A stretch of 64,000 nt of DNA from the NCBI GenBank assembly GCA_951406725.2, contig OX597815.1, forward strand, positions 133,424,001 through 133,488,000, given 5' to 3'. The notes below the pieces were generated by a model. That model did no database searches. It was given only the letters and a program-made list of their open reading frames with translations, and was not told the DNA's origin. Made by a program: the position numbers and the translations under genes. Source of the DNA: Octopus vulgaris. Lineage: Eukaryota. Shown in pieces: positions 13,798-28,039 of this stretch; the first letter of the stretch is position 1, and each line of letters begins with the position of its first letter.

Positions 13798-16621
13798 AAA
13801 TTGCTATTTCTGTATTTCATCATAATCATAGTTTTAACAACCATTTTCCCATATTTGCGTGGTTTGGACAGAATTTGGATGAGGAAGATTTTCTATGGCT
13901 GGATGTCATCCCTATTACCAAACTCTCACCTGTTTCCAAGCAAGAAAATATTTCCCCATTATCAAATATGTTTACAAAAAATTGGAAATGAAGGACACAG
14001 TTTGCATGAAGGCAGTATTCATTTACAACAATCACAGGGAAGTCTCATGCACACACAAACAATGTGCTTCTTTAAGTTTCTATCTACCAAATCCATTCAC
14101 AAGGATTTGATCAAGGATTTGATCAGCTTTAGTAGAAGATACTTGCATAAAGTGCCACACAGTGGGACTAAACCCAAAACCATGTGGTTGGGAAGCAAAC
14201 TTTTTGCCACACAACCACGCCTGCACTTACGGAAATAATAAATGTTCAGTAAAGTCCATTTAAAAAATTAAATCTTTAGTAAGTATTATTTAATATTCAC
14301 ACACACACATTCTAGACCTACTTAGTCTTCTATATCGGAATATTCAACTTGAAACAACACTAGCCAAACTAAGAAAGCTATGTCCCAATTGACTGTTTAA
14401 ATTATGCCAGAAGATGGTAAAATTGCATAAGATGTAACCTTTTACGATTAGATTGTATAAAGTTCAACCGAAACAGTTGTTGCAAGTTTGGATACCATTT
14501 GCATATCACACCAAGAATCCCCCAGTGAGTCAGACCGTTGGTTATTAATCAGATTTGGTACTTACATAACTATAGTATCCTGTCAGCATTCGATATCTTA
14601 ATGCTGTTATTTCACTGTCAACTCTATGTGATTATGCCAAGCCAATTTCTGGTATCTTACTTGCTGATGTACCTCAATTCTTAATGAATCCTTATAACTG
14701 AAGTGTGTGTGTGTGTACACCATGATTATCATTTCATGACCACTTTCCATGCTGACATGGGCTAGAGGACCATGTTTTTCTTTAGTTTTGTCATGGTTTC
14801 TACAACTGGATGCCCTTCCTAATATCAAATACTCTACAATGTATACTGAATGCCTTTTTATTTTTTTCTGTGGTACCAACACTAGTGAAGTCACCATGTA
14901 ACTTGCAAGAATAAAGAGACCCCTTCACTGAGTAGAAGTACAGTAGAGAGGGAAGTTCTTTATGCTAGATTTTGCAGTTATAGAAATGACAGATGGGAAC
15001 AAGTTTGTTGTAGGAGATACATGGCAACCCCACATTATATAAAAGTGAGTGAAAGTAATTGGGATGTAGTTAAGAAGAGAGATGAAGACAGTGGTGACAA
15101 GGTGCCAGAGAGTGCTCTCAAGGTACAAGGTGAATGGAAGAGTGTGGGGCCAAATTGGGAAAGGTAAATGAGTAAAGAATGCACTTGTGAGGAGAGGAAA
15201 TGAGAGATATTTAGAGATAGAAGTAGGTGGTTAGCGTTAGGAATAATAAAGATTGGGGGATGGTCAATAATAAATGAGTGGGGGTGGAATGAGGGATAGA
15301 TGTCAACAGAAGTGGCTCAGGGAAGAGGAAGTGATGAGTGGTAGTACAGATAGGGTGCAGAGCAGCAAAGTAATACAGTAATAAGAAGAGGGATGGGGAC
15401 AAGTTGCAAGATTATAGGAGGAGATAGTAATAATATAGTAATAAGGTGGAAGTGGTCAAAGGTACATGGGATGACTGTAATGAGTAAGACATGGGTATCC
15501 CAAGGAAGTAACACAAGGGAGGCAAGTGAAAAATATGAGAAAGGATAACGTTAAAAGGAAATGAGTGAGAGAGAGAGTTGGTAGCACAGAGCGGTTAATG
15601 GAAAATATGAGTGGGGAAAGTTGATGTTAAGACAGAGGGGGATATAAAAAAGAAGCGGTTCTGGTGAAGAGAGATAACTGGTAACAAAAAAAGGATTATG
15701 AAATGTGTAGTTCTATTCTCATTTAATAGCAGCAGAATATTGCAGTAATAAGAAGTGTGGTGGAAAAGATGAAGAAACGAATAAGGCTTGACAGGGATAA
15801 GTTGAGTGAGGAGCCAGTTGTGTGTATACATATGCTCAGTTTCACCATGACAGATGAATTTTCTTAAGTACAACACATTGCCAATCAAATTATACCTTTC
15901 CCATCTCTTCTGTGAGGTTCAAGATTCTACAATACGCCTTCACTACTTTGTCCCATGTCTTATTGAGTCTCTCTCTTCCATATTGTTACTCTGATCCTCT
16001 GTCATCACTCTATTTTCACAGTCAAGACAACCCGCTAGTGTTAGTGAACAAACAAATGGAGATACTATAAGGTAGAGGGTACTCTATAGTTTTTGCTTTT
16101 ATCATGACAACCAATTTTGCACCATGATAAAAGACTGTAGTATGTTTGGCAGTATGAAGGTTATCTAGCTGTAGAAATCAGACCAGAAATGGAAAAGTAG
16201 AAGTGAGACAAAGCTGTGACCCATATAGAAGAGTAAAACTCCAAATAAGAACAGACCTGATCCATGAAGACCCACACAACCCATGCACAAAGAAGCAGAC
16301 ATAAAATGATGATGGTTAATAAAAAAGATTTTGAGGCTGGCAAAAAGCACTTCTGAGTACTAGCTCTCTCACAAAAAATTAATTCAATTGCATAAATTTT
16401 TTTTATTGTAAAGATAATTTAACCAAGAGTGCAGCTTTAAGTTATGGAATTTGTTTGTATTTGATTATTAGCACTGTTGGATTGCCAATTGTAGGTACTT
16501 TGAAGTTGCTCGTACTATTTCTTACATTTTTACATATGAACACCTTGTCTGTATAAAGTTTGCAGCACATTTTAAATAAGGAAAGTACTTTTACATCAAT
16601 ATGTGAACTTAAATGACTTAC

Positions 16622-16755
16622 CAGTCTATTGCGTATATAGAGAAATATCTTCTGAGATGTTGGTGGCCCCTGTAAGATATCTGGAAAACATGCTGCTTCT
16701 TGAGAAGTGATTTTATCATAAGGCAGTCGGCTCTGAAAAGCAGCTCCTTCTAAAC
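16622..16755 (-). CDS. KDM1A: KDM1A exon 3, SWIRM start ([45 protein letters not shown])
   Basis: Acceptor CTCAG|GT, donor CTG|GTAAGT; 134 nt, phase 1 to 0. LSD1 [10 protein letters not shown] motif. Confidence 0.96.
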
Positions 16756-18871
16756 CTGAGATAGCAACTGAAACAAATAGCAGAACATATCTTCTAGAAA
16801 TGGACAATCTAGTTATTAACAACAAGCAAACTACAAAAATACTAAAACACCACATATCAAGAAAATACCAGAGCACCACGCACCCTTTAGTGGCACTCAG
16901 CCAGAGCCTTCAGTCGTTCCAAATGATAAGTCTTACTATCATTTAGGATCTCTCCTGTGAAAAACACATTTTTAACCTAGCTAGGGTCTCACTCCAAAGA
17001 CTAGGTTCTCTTCAGAACTAGAAAATATTTCTCCTTCCAAAAGCTGCTGACACTCTACAAGGCTTAAGTGTGGTTAACAAGTGAGACAGTGCTGTTGCTC
17101 TGCTTACAGACATACTGGACAGCATCCACAGAAAGGTCACTTGACTGGCTGACATCAAATCACAGACATGCACCAGCCTCTGGTCACAAGCATGCTATCT
17201 TCTCTTAGTCTTTTATATCAGTACTACAATGGGTTCTGTTCCATGGAGATGGCTGGTCAAGTACCTCCTCTATGCAGACATTCTTGACCCACTCATCTTT
17301 TCTGTTGTGCCCAACTCTACCAGCCCCAGTGGTAGCTACTGTCTATTCTTTCCTCCTCAAAGCATTGTCCTTCTAAAATCTTCTTTCTGCTCATCTCACT
17401 CACAGATGTTACCAGCAACAATTGACATGGAACATTAACAATAGCATCAAACTCACCAGTCTTGGAGTGTATACTCTTTAGAAAATTGTCTCTTCACTGA
17501 ATAGAACAGTGCCACTAAAGTTTTAAATTTCATAACGCCAACACAGTCTTGGATAAGACATTAAACAGCATTCAGTGGCGAAGCTCTAGCTCAGGAGTTT
17601 TGGGGAGTATGAGTTACTCCTTACTTACCATTACTCCCAGGTCCACACTGGCCCATGTGGACCAAAATGGTCCAGTGGCTATGGCATACAGGACTCTAAG
17701 AAGGGTTGACACCCCTTCTCCAACATGTGTTTTGGGGAGTATGAGTTGAACACAGGTTCAAACTAACCAGTTTGTGGACATGCTCTGACCCTACATAAAC
17801 AAGCCTTCCTGCTGAAGGCTTAAATAGGCCCTGTGCCTCAAGGGCAAGCTCAGGACAGCAGGAGATTGCAAATAAATCAGAAGCCAATGGAAAAATTTGC
17901 CAAGAAAATTTATGAATCATGGGACTGGCATAGAAATCCATGATTGCCAATGCCTGTAGGAAAAAATAACCCATGAGAGAGAGAGAATGCCAATATTACA
18001 TAAACACATGTAAACAAGGTTGTTCATTATTCTCATCAGTTACAAACCTAAAGCAAATGCAGATCAAAACTAGCAAACACTAACTTTATAATATGGCTAT
18101 GATAATACTTTTAACCTTTTTGTTACCATACTTTTGTTGAAATACACAACCATTGTATCAGTTAAATTTGAAAATAGTGAAGAATTTATCAACTGTCATT
18201 AGGTGTCCTCATCTTGTTTATTGTTATCACAATGCTTCAGCTGATGTAATTTTTCAGGTCCCTACTTGGGATTGAACTTAATCTGATCCCCTATGCTATA
18301 TGCCCATGGGCAATCACAGAGTGAATTTTAAGCCTTACAAACCTAGTATTTTATCTTTTCTTAATTCTGGTTCCCATATTACATTCATCTCTGCACTAGG
18401 TCTGCTTAGGAGGTTATTGTGTCCTAGCATATGTGCAGCCCCTTTTAAATTTTGTATTTTCCAGTACTGTTCTCTGTCGATTATTTTAACTTCATCTGTT
18501 TTTCTATACATCAGCTATACTGTCCATTGTAAATAACATACATAATTCCTCATCTCAAAAAAATAGAAAACTATCGTTATTATGCTGATGTTTAGATCAT
18601 AAATTAACATGAAATGTTGATGGAATTTTAATTAGATCACATTAAAACATGAAAGGGTGGTCTTAGGTAGGTTGGTTTGAAAAAGGTCATTTAATTATCA
18701 TAATGTCTAAGGCAAAAAGAGTCTTTTTGTAGTTGTTTAACCCTCCCAAACAGACTCTCTTAGAAAAAGGAACTATAAGATGGCCACTGCTAAACACTGA
18801 ATGTTTTGTTCAATCAAAAACTCCCAAAGCTGACCAAGTCTCCTCAACAACATCAATATTAGTAAAAATAC

Positions 18872-19022
18872 CTGTTGGATCATCGTTTTCACTCTCTGCT
18901 TCTGGCTCCTCAGTCTTCATTTTCTCTTTCTCCTTTTCATTTTTCTTCTCTTTTTCTTCTTCTGAAGCATAGTCCTCTTCAGATAAATTTGCCAACTGCT
19001 CATCCATTTCCTTGTATTCAAC
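18872..19022 (-). CDS. KDM1A: KDM1A exon 2 ([23 protein letters not shown]...DDPT)
   Basis: Acceptor TTAG|GTT, donor ACAG|GTATTT; 151 nt, phase 0 to 1. Matches human [23 protein letters not shown]. Confidence 0.93.
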
Positions 19023-21719
19023 CTAACATAGATGTTATATGCAGACAGTTTATCTTTACCATTGTGGGTTAATATCAAAATACTACAAAAGAAGTGTTAT
19101 TAGCCATTTTAGTAATTTGACAACTTATAAATTAAAATCTTCCTTGAGGTTTTTTTTTTTTTAACTGAAATACTTACTTTACATTTATTTAAACTATTAA
19201 AATTTAATTTGCAAACTGAAAACGTGGAACTGTATCAGTGACCAGGTTGCAGTTGTGCAATGAAAACCTTGACACCTCATAAAATAAACTTAAGGTGAAG
19301 TTAATAGTTTTGTTACTATATGACTTTTTCATGATGTAAATTGCTTCAATTTCAACAGTCTTGGATCAAATAACTTGCTAGACAAGTACAACTCCCAAAT
19401 ATATATTTTTTTTAGTAAATCTAAAAATATGCTAGGTTCTAGAGTTTAGTTTCAAATAATTGTTTTGTACAGTATATTAAACAATGGGAAAATAGTAAAT
19501 GAAGAACAAAACTGAGTATAATGGAAATTTAAGACATCTGGAGAAAATGAACTTCAAATAAATCTATGCAAAAAGTTTTGTGTAGAGCAAACCAACTGTG
19601 GGAGAGAGGTAAAAAAAATTTGTGAATAAATTTTGGAATATAAATCCTGTATGCTAAATCTTTTCTTATATAAATGCAAAGCATGTGTGTGTGTGTGTGG
19701 CACACATGTTTGTATACATTTGCAATAAGCAGCAAGATTGTTGTCATTTTCCATGTCAACAATTCATTTGCTGGCTTTGCTATTTCACAAGACGTGTGGA
19801 ATAAGAGATCTGTTATTTGAAAAACAGGTAAAGGCTAGCATCAGGAAAAGCACTCCTGCTGTCAAACTACATATCCATGTAATATATTTGCTAGCAAGGA
19901 AAATCAGAAGTAAAATGAACAAAGTCATAGATTTAGATATATTACATAATTTTTATCTTCAATTAAACACCTTCAACTAGAAATCCCAAGTTTGAAAAGG
20001 TGTTTCATTAATGATTAACTTTCACACATGAAGGACAACTTTAACATACATTAAACACACATATGAAATACATCACCTTTAATTGCCAATTTATTTTGAA
20101 AGTTAGCAAGAATATAGATGGATTTAATAAGGAATAAAACTTTATTATTGAATTGGTGTTTGAAACATTATTCCATAAAGTGGTTCTTACAACTGATAGA
20201 TTTTCATTGCATATGAATACTTTAAAATCAGAAGGGTTGTATCCTAGAAAACAGAGATTATGTAAGGCGTTAACAAGCACACACTATCAAGACCTACATT
20301 AACATAAAATCCAAAACATATGGATGAATAGTTAGGCTACATTACAAAGTCAAGTTAACAACAAGAAGTAAAACAAACAGTCCAATATTTCTTGTAAATA
20401 TTAAGATCTAAGCTCTTCTAATTTATGAGAAAAAGCAGATAAAACAAAACTCTTGAATTAACAATAGGTATTTCTAGTAAATATTCTGACATAAGAGATT
20501 AACTCTTGCACATTAGCATGAAGAAAGAAATTCTCAGATAAGAAAAAAAAAAAATGGAAGTTCTGAGATGCATATATTTTCTAAGACAGCATATCAATAA
20601 GATATTTTAAATCCAAGAGCTTACTTTTATTACATTGTCGATATCTTAAGATTATGTCATTTTTTTTATATATCTAGAAATGGATATCATCAAGAAAACT
20701 GACTAATAATTTATTAGTGTTTTGTTCTTTAGCACATTTTCTACAGCTGGATACCCGTCCTAATCCTAACCACTTTAGTGTTTACTGCATGCTTTTCTTG
20801 TGACACTAGCACTAGTGGGATTACTAAGTAATTTGCAAGACAAAGTAAATTTTTTAATGAAACGGAAAAAGCACCCTTGATTGATAGGGAATGTATTTGA
20901 GAGAGAGAGAGAGGAAGGTGGCTTATGTCAGGTGAAGGCTAAAGTATGAAAGGGACAAACATAGATATCTTACTATTGAGGAGATACACGGATATCCTGC
21001 ATTATGTGAGGGTGTGGGAAGGGTAGCTAGGAGTCAAGCCTATCAATTTGTACCAATTACTAATATGTCACTTGATAAGTATGACAATCGAACTGAAACA
21101 CTGTGAAAATAAATTTTAAATGACCATTGCAAATGGGCAAAAACATTTGTTTAGTTTTGTTAAAGTCACTAGGATTCAGCAAGAAAATTTTTTAAAACCT
21201 GTATTCGTTAACAACTTTTGTTTCTAACATGGGAGAGCTGAAATTCTGGCTGGAGGCGAGGAGTTATAAATGAATTTATTATATTACTGGTATTTGTTGT
21301 ATTAGAACTCAATGTCCAATGTTTTTCTGACATCTTACAGTAGAAATAACAGACCAATAACTTACTGATGAGCCATTTTAAATATTCTACCTTATATTAA
21401 TTTCTACCATAAGCTTCATAAATATCGGATTTATAAAAAAAGTTACAGAAAATGAATAAAACTAGGAATTGAAAAGACTTCACATGCTAACTAGCAAGTT
21501 CTCTTCTAAATAAATCTCCTTAATACCTGCGACTACTCACACCGAGTAAAAAGGAATAAAATATATAAGAGTAATTAGTTTCTTGTGATTCTATCAACAC
21601 AGTTAAAGATAAAGAAGCTTTCTGAGCTATTAACGGGGAGATGTTTAATGTAATTTAAGTCAGTTTCGTGAAACTATTTTACTTCAAATGCAGCTTACAA
21701 TGAGAAATGGAAAATGGTC

Positions 21720-22430
21720 GGCACTTCTTTTAGAAGCGCACCTCTCCAAGAAAATGACGCCTAATTTTAAAAAAAAAAAATTATGAAAATGGGGAATATA
21801 TCCAAAATAAATGAAGTCTGCAAAAACTTAGGAAGATTCATCTATTTTTAAATATTTTATACTAAAAAAATAAAATACGGAAAACGGGCACTTGCGAATA
21901 TAAACAAACATGTCGGGCGATACAAGTGGTGGTAACTAGTATCAGATATTATTAATGATACGAGGGGCCCAACAATAACGTTTGCAAAATTCTTGATTGT
22001 TTTTAATTAGATTTGTTACTGCGCACACTGGTCAGGGTTAGTTTTAGGATTAGGTGGTATGCACTCGCTTTACCTTCGCTCATTTTATGACGTAATATTT
22101 CCCGTTCAGGCACAAAATTTGGCATAATAGTATATATTAGTTATAAACTGACTGTTAAGAAAAAGATCGTGAAACGTTCTTCATACAATTCGCAGACGAT
22201 ATTGTCAGGCCCCTTGTATCATTAAGAATATCAGACTGGTAAAAGTAACGCATCGTGCGACATGTTTGTTTATACTAGCGAGTGCCCATTTTCCGTATTT
22301 TTATTTTTTAGTATAAAATATTAAAAAATAGATGAATCTTCCTAATTTTTTGCATATATTTCCCATTTTCGTAACTTTTTTGACAAGTAAGAGTAATTTT
22401 CTTGGAGAGGTGTGCTTCTAAAGAAGCGCC
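21720..22430. mobile_element. Non-autonomous foldback DNA element, GG...CC termini, 8-bp TSD (Merlin/MULE-like)
   Basis: Long imperfect TIRs (GGCACTTCTTTTAGAAGCGCACCTCTCCAAGAAAAT...); flanks AAATGGTC / AAATAGTC. Confidence 0.8.
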
Positions 22431-24119
22431 AAATAGTCAATATATGATAAGAGTTACACATTTTGGCACAAGTCCAGCAATTTTAGGAGAAGGTTAAGTC
22501 GATTACATGGGCTCCAATGATCAACAGGTGCTTATTTTATCGATCCTAAAAGAGTGAAAGGCAAAGACGACCTCGATGGAAATTGAACTCAGAGCGTAAA
22601 TGTCGGAAGAAATACCGCAAAGGAATTTTTCCGACACTCACCGCCTTGTGATTTGAAGGAGACTTGTTCCAAACCTCAAGACAACGTCCCTGATAAATAA
22701 TATAGCATAATAATAATAATACTATAAATAGTTATAGCATAATAAAACAAGAAGACATACTATGATTTTCTTCCTGCAATATCAGTTTTTAGGGAAATAA
22801 GGGAAATAATCGATAGACTTAAGTCCAAACAGGTATTTATTTCATCAACAATTAAGTGAAAAAAATATTCTAAATATATGAGCGCTTAAAAACAAGAGTA
22901 AGGATAACAGTACTAATGATTCACTCTGTCACTGCTTTTAAGCTTCTCGCTTTGTGCCTTCGAACACGCGACAAGGGCACACAAAGCAGAAAACTCGGAG
23001 TAGTGTCAGAATAAAATATTAGCTTTGAATATTTTGAAGAGAAGAGAGATATTCTATAAAAACATGCATAGATAACCTCATCAAATGAGAAAAACAAAAC
23101 GATTTATTTTTAAATTAAAAGAAATATCACAATAATAAACAAGTTTTCTTACGATGATTGCTTATATTACAGTCCGAAAATTAATTCTTCGTAAGCTAAT
23201 CAAATGTAAAGTGTTATTGGCTCATGTATATGAAACGTGAATACAGCATGACAGTCCTCACGTTTCTATATAAATGTATATATATTAACCAGTATATATC
23301 AAAAGTAGTGGATATTTGTGAGCGAGTATATCAGGAAAATAAACAGACAACATCAAAAATACAAAGTAACCCAACGAACTAAGGTAAACGTCACATAAAG
23401 GAGAGACCGGAAGAAGTAATATTTAATAACTAAAACCAAAGAGAACAATGTGTGTATGTATGTAGATATTATGTATGTGTGTGCGATATATATATTTATA
23501 TATATGCAAACTTTAGGTTAGCTAAAATATGTTTGTGACATATTTCAACTTCTAATGGCAAATTCACTGAAGTTAGCGTGGAGAAAAAGTCGAAATATGT
23601 CACAAACATTTTAACTAACTCAAAGTTCGTGTATGCCTAATAACTGCTTGGCGCATATATGTATGTAATGACCATAGTTAAACACGTAGAACAGAATGCT
23701 TTACAGCTAGCTATATCACTATTTCCAGTTCAAATCACACTATTGCTGACTTCACTCGCACAAACCGACTATCGAGTCAAAGAGGACTCCTTGACAATAG
23801 TCGCTCAACCTGGTAGAAATAGTGGCCAACTTTCACCGAAATCACGTACTTCACCATCCTTAAAAAAAGGACACATTAGAAAAATAGAAAAGCACAGGAT
23901 GACCACAACATTTGATCATAGTTCTTGTACGTTTCGAATTGACCTAGAGCTAAGCAACAACTGATCCTACGTAGTCTAGTCGCTTGCCTTGCTTTGAAAA
24001 AAAGGAACCAAATCTCCTTTAAACTACATACTACCGTTTCAAAATAGGAAGGAAACACTGTCAATATACTACTAAAGCAGAATTTGAGGAATTTATATTA
24101 AGAAGGCCGTGCTGAAGTT

Positions 24120-24642
24120 GGCGGAATTCTTGGTTAAGCATCCCATATAAATTCCTCATAACCTTTGTATTTTTTGGAATTTTCAGAAAGTTTTCATGAA
24201 TTTTGTGTTCTGCACACGGGAATTATGCTGCAAAAAAAAAAAAAAAAAACCCTTTTTTGTGTGTGATTTAAGGGCAATTTAGCTATTATTTTTTCGCACA
24301 TCTCACGACCACCTGATACCTTCCTCGTTTCTTTGTCACTCTGACATGTACTCATGTTTTTCAATATTTTTCTCCCCTGAACACATTTAATGGAATGATG
24401 ATGTACCCCAGAGCGGGCCATTACTGGCATTTCAAACAATTTGGACTGTATTTTAAACAGATTTTTTTTTAATTCGAAAAAGAGTGGAACTTTATGGTGT
24501 TGAGGGGGTTTTAATTTTTTCTTTTTCATAATTGTAAAAATTCCCGAGCGTAGAACACAAATTTGCAAAAATTTTCAGAAAATTCAAAAACATTAAAAAG
24601 TTATGAGGGGGTTATATGAGAAGCTTAAACAAGAATTGCGCC
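24120..24642. mobile_element. MITE with GGC...GCC termini and 8-bp TSD
   Basis: TIR GGCGGAATTCTTGGTTAAGC vs GCTTAAACAAGAATTGCGCC; flanks CTGAAGTT / TTGAAGTT. Confidence 0.75.
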
Positions 24643-25360
24643 TTGAAGTTAACTGGTAACTGATAGGGTGCATTAAAAAATAATAGTTAAACCTTATAAT
24701 TTTATAAAATATCATTTATAAAAAAAAACCCAATTTTTAAAGCGGAGTTTCGGAATAAGCAATTTTTTTTTTTGTTACTTCATACTTATTAAAGTACTTT
24801 AAACAGTAATAATTACAAATGTGGTTAAAGAAATAGAATGACGATTTCTGAAATTTACAATTAGTTAAAAAAACAACAAAGGCTTTAAATTTCTTCCCCA
24901 AACATTGTACTTGTTACAGAAGGGTGCAGGTTCCCTACCTCACTACACAAGAATCTCAATAAGTTAGTGATGGTTTATGTCGGTAACACTACTCAATAAA
25001 AGAAAAAATGCGATCAAATGCTGTGAAATATATTTCTGGCTTTGCTCTCCGTCTTGGATCCAGGTAAGAAGGAAACTATAGTCCTGGACAGCATGTTAAA
25101 TGAAAACATGAAACGGATGTTATTATCCGAAATAGAATAGAACGCCAAACCAAAGGTCCGACGCGATAAGTAAATTGTTTTACATCTCTAAATGAAGATG
25201 CAGTAACCAAGAATTGAAACATAGCAGACCAAATTCAGACCATAGACAAGCATAAATTATTAAGAACACATGCTAAACGGTGAAGAAAATATTCTCATAA
25301 CGTTATCTCAGTAGTGTGGGTCAGTCCAGTTTGAAGTACCGATAGAGGGAGCCTCTATGT

Positions 25361-25685
25361 CAGTGGTTCTTGACCATTTAAAAAATTTATGGATCCCGAC
25401 CCCTTTGATAACTATTCTATTTGGAGGACCCCCATTAGTCATTCTAAGTTTAAAAACTAGTTTTATAGATACTTCTTTCAAAATTCTTATTTTTTATTCC
25501 TGCATTAACTTGCTTAGAATGAACAATGTAAAACGTTAGAGAAAGAAACATGTTTTATGCAACAGATAGATACATTTAAATCAAAACTTTACATGGACAT
25601 TTAAAATACTACTGTCGATCCCCAGTTTACTATGTTGCTAGCGTGAACCCCCAGGGGTCATATGGACCCTAATTGAGAACCACTG
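25361..25685. mobile_element. hAT (Charlie-like) MITE inserted in a SINE-like repeat
   Basis: TIR CAGTGGTTCT / AGAACCACTG; flanks CTCTATGT / TTCTATGT. Confidence 0.8.
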
Positions 25686-25923
25686 TTCTATGTGGTCGCT
25701 CAACTTGCTAGAAATACTAGCCAAATATTCCTCATATCCCACTCTAACGTCTTAAAAAACGAAGCATACATTGGGTGTGGTGGTCCTGGATACACAATCT
25801 AAAATTATGACAGACTGATCATTGTTGGAAGGCTTTTAACCATAGGTGTGTTCGTTCCATGAAGGCTGGCCTGATACAAACACGACCAAAGCTATGCATC
25901 ACCTGTTTATTTAGAGCAGTGTT

Positions 25924-26699
25924 GGATTTTTTCCAACGGCACTTTTCAACACAATTTCTAGTTAACTAAACACTTTTAAACTTCGTATACTGGTAGAATG
26001 TGTTTATAAAACATCATTTTCTCTTGGCTTTATTGAGAAAATTCTATAGGTTGTAACATATTTCGTCTAAAATTTCTTGCATTTCAGCAATTTTAACCAA
26101 TCGCTGACCTCCATTTAGGTAAATAACATTCTGTGCATAATGAATATGTCTCTCCTTTAAGAAACAGGTTGGGTTTATTTACATTTGTGAAGAAAAAAGA
26201 TACCCTTCCCCCACCCCTAACCCTAATCTAAAATAGACTGAAATGCAATAGATCGATACTAGGGTTATAATTATGGGTGACAATTTCATACGACACCGCT
26301 ACGGAAAATGGGATTTTTTTCTAGCGGTGTCAAATGAAAATGTCACCCATAATTATGGCCCTATTATCGATCTATTGCATTTCAATCTATTTTAGATTTA
26401 GGGTTTGGGGAAGGGTATCTTTTTTCTTCACAAATGTAAATAAACTTAATCTGTTTCTTAAAGGAGGGACATATTCATTATGCACAGAATGTTATTTACC
26501 TAAATGGAGGTCAGCGATTGGTTAAAATTGCCGAAATGCTCGAAATTAAAGACGAAATATGTTACAACATATAGAATTTTCTCAATAAAGCCAAGAAAAA
26601 ATGATGTTTTATAAACACATTTTACCAGTATACGAAGTTTAAAACTTTTTAGTTACCTAGAAATTATGTTACAAAGTGCCGTTCAAAAGAAAAAGATCC
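25924..26699. mobile_element. Near-complete foldback element (GGAT...ATCC family) with 8-bp TSD
   Basis: Arms of about 380 bp with a very short spacer; perfect TSD GCAGTGTT at 25916-23 and 26700-07. Confidence 0.9.
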
Positions 26700-27535
26700 G
26701 CAGTGTTTCTAAAACGATGACAAACAAAAGATAACCTAGGGTTTTTTTGGGTTTTTTTTTAATATTAAGTGTTTCAGAAAATCTATATCTATGCTTGAAT
26801 GTCTGGATAAACGTGTCTTCCATAATTTTATTATACTCATCATTATTTAACGTTCTTCTTCCATGCCAGCAAGGGTTAGACGGTTCAACATAACCTGACG
26901 TGCCAGGGAACTGCATCGAGCGCCAATATCTGCTTCGGCAAGCTTTCTACACTAGATGCTCTTCCGATTAATTAAAATAAGGTAACCATTACTTTTCTAT
27001 ATATTTTCTCTAATTTCTAACTTTCAAACATTGCTTTGTTTAACTTTCAATTCGTAACGCACCAGTAATTTTATCATCTAGTCTCCAGTGAGCCAATAAA
27101 TTTTCAATCTAATGTCCAGCGGCTAATTCGAGATCAAAAAGATTGAGGACCACAGATTTAGAGGCGGCTCTATTGATCTAGAATGGGTCGTCTATATCTG
27201 AACTACACCGGTTACCTAATGATCTCAGGAACATGGGTTGCCTAGTGATGACATTACACAAGGTCATTAAAGAGGGAGAGAGATTCAAGGTACTGGAAAA
27301 GGTTCTTGCTAACGTCTATCCCCTGTCATCTTTGTTAGCGAGAGCAGTAGAAGAGTAGATGGTAGGGTTAGTGGGGTACCCTTCTTGGAAAAGGGGCACA
27401 CTATAATATATTTCTAAAGATGAAGATATATCCATGTAGGAAGCGAGAGATTTAAAAGTTTAGTGAGTATAGGGACTAGGTCTGAGAGCCTGTGGAGTTG
27501 TTAGTTTGATGCAATTGGAGATACTTTCGCATTAA

Positions 27536-27740
27536 CCCTTTAGTGTTTAAACAGGCCATATCAAGCCCAAATATTCTACTGTTTTATGTTCAAACCAGCC
27601 ACATATGACCTCTCATACGTATCCTACAATGTCATTCTAAAAATAAATAATCACATAATCAAATTCTTGATAATGCCTGATTAAATTGAAACAATGAGAA
27701 TAAACATAACATTTGTCAGAGAAAATTGAATACTAAAGGG
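27536..27740. mobile_element. piggyBac-like MITE
   Basis: TTAA|CCCTTTAGT ... ACTAAAGGG|TTAA; a second copy lies at 50325-50546. Confidence 0.75.
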
Positions 27741-28039
27741 TTAAGTGTGCAACATGGTCAGTCAGGTAGAGTGGAAGAAGATAGTTTTGAAAGAAATTTA
27801 TTTCATGTATACACTGGATATATAATCATTTAACGTCTGTTTTCCATTCTGATATGGGTCGGACGGTTTGACAGGAGCTGATAAGCTTGGAGACTGCACC
27901 TGCCAAGCTCCACTGCCTGCTTTGGCATGGTTTTTACAACTGGATGTCATTTCTAAAGCTGACCACTTCACAGGGTGGACTGGGTGCATTTTATGTGGTA
28001 CTGACTGAAAATGCAGCATGCTGCTGAAAGCCAATTTCA

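Noticed and set aside
18810-18871. Read-through or alternative donor extending exon 2
   Set aside because: The frame hits a stop at 18810, and the GTCAG donor would add 37 nt and shift the frame.
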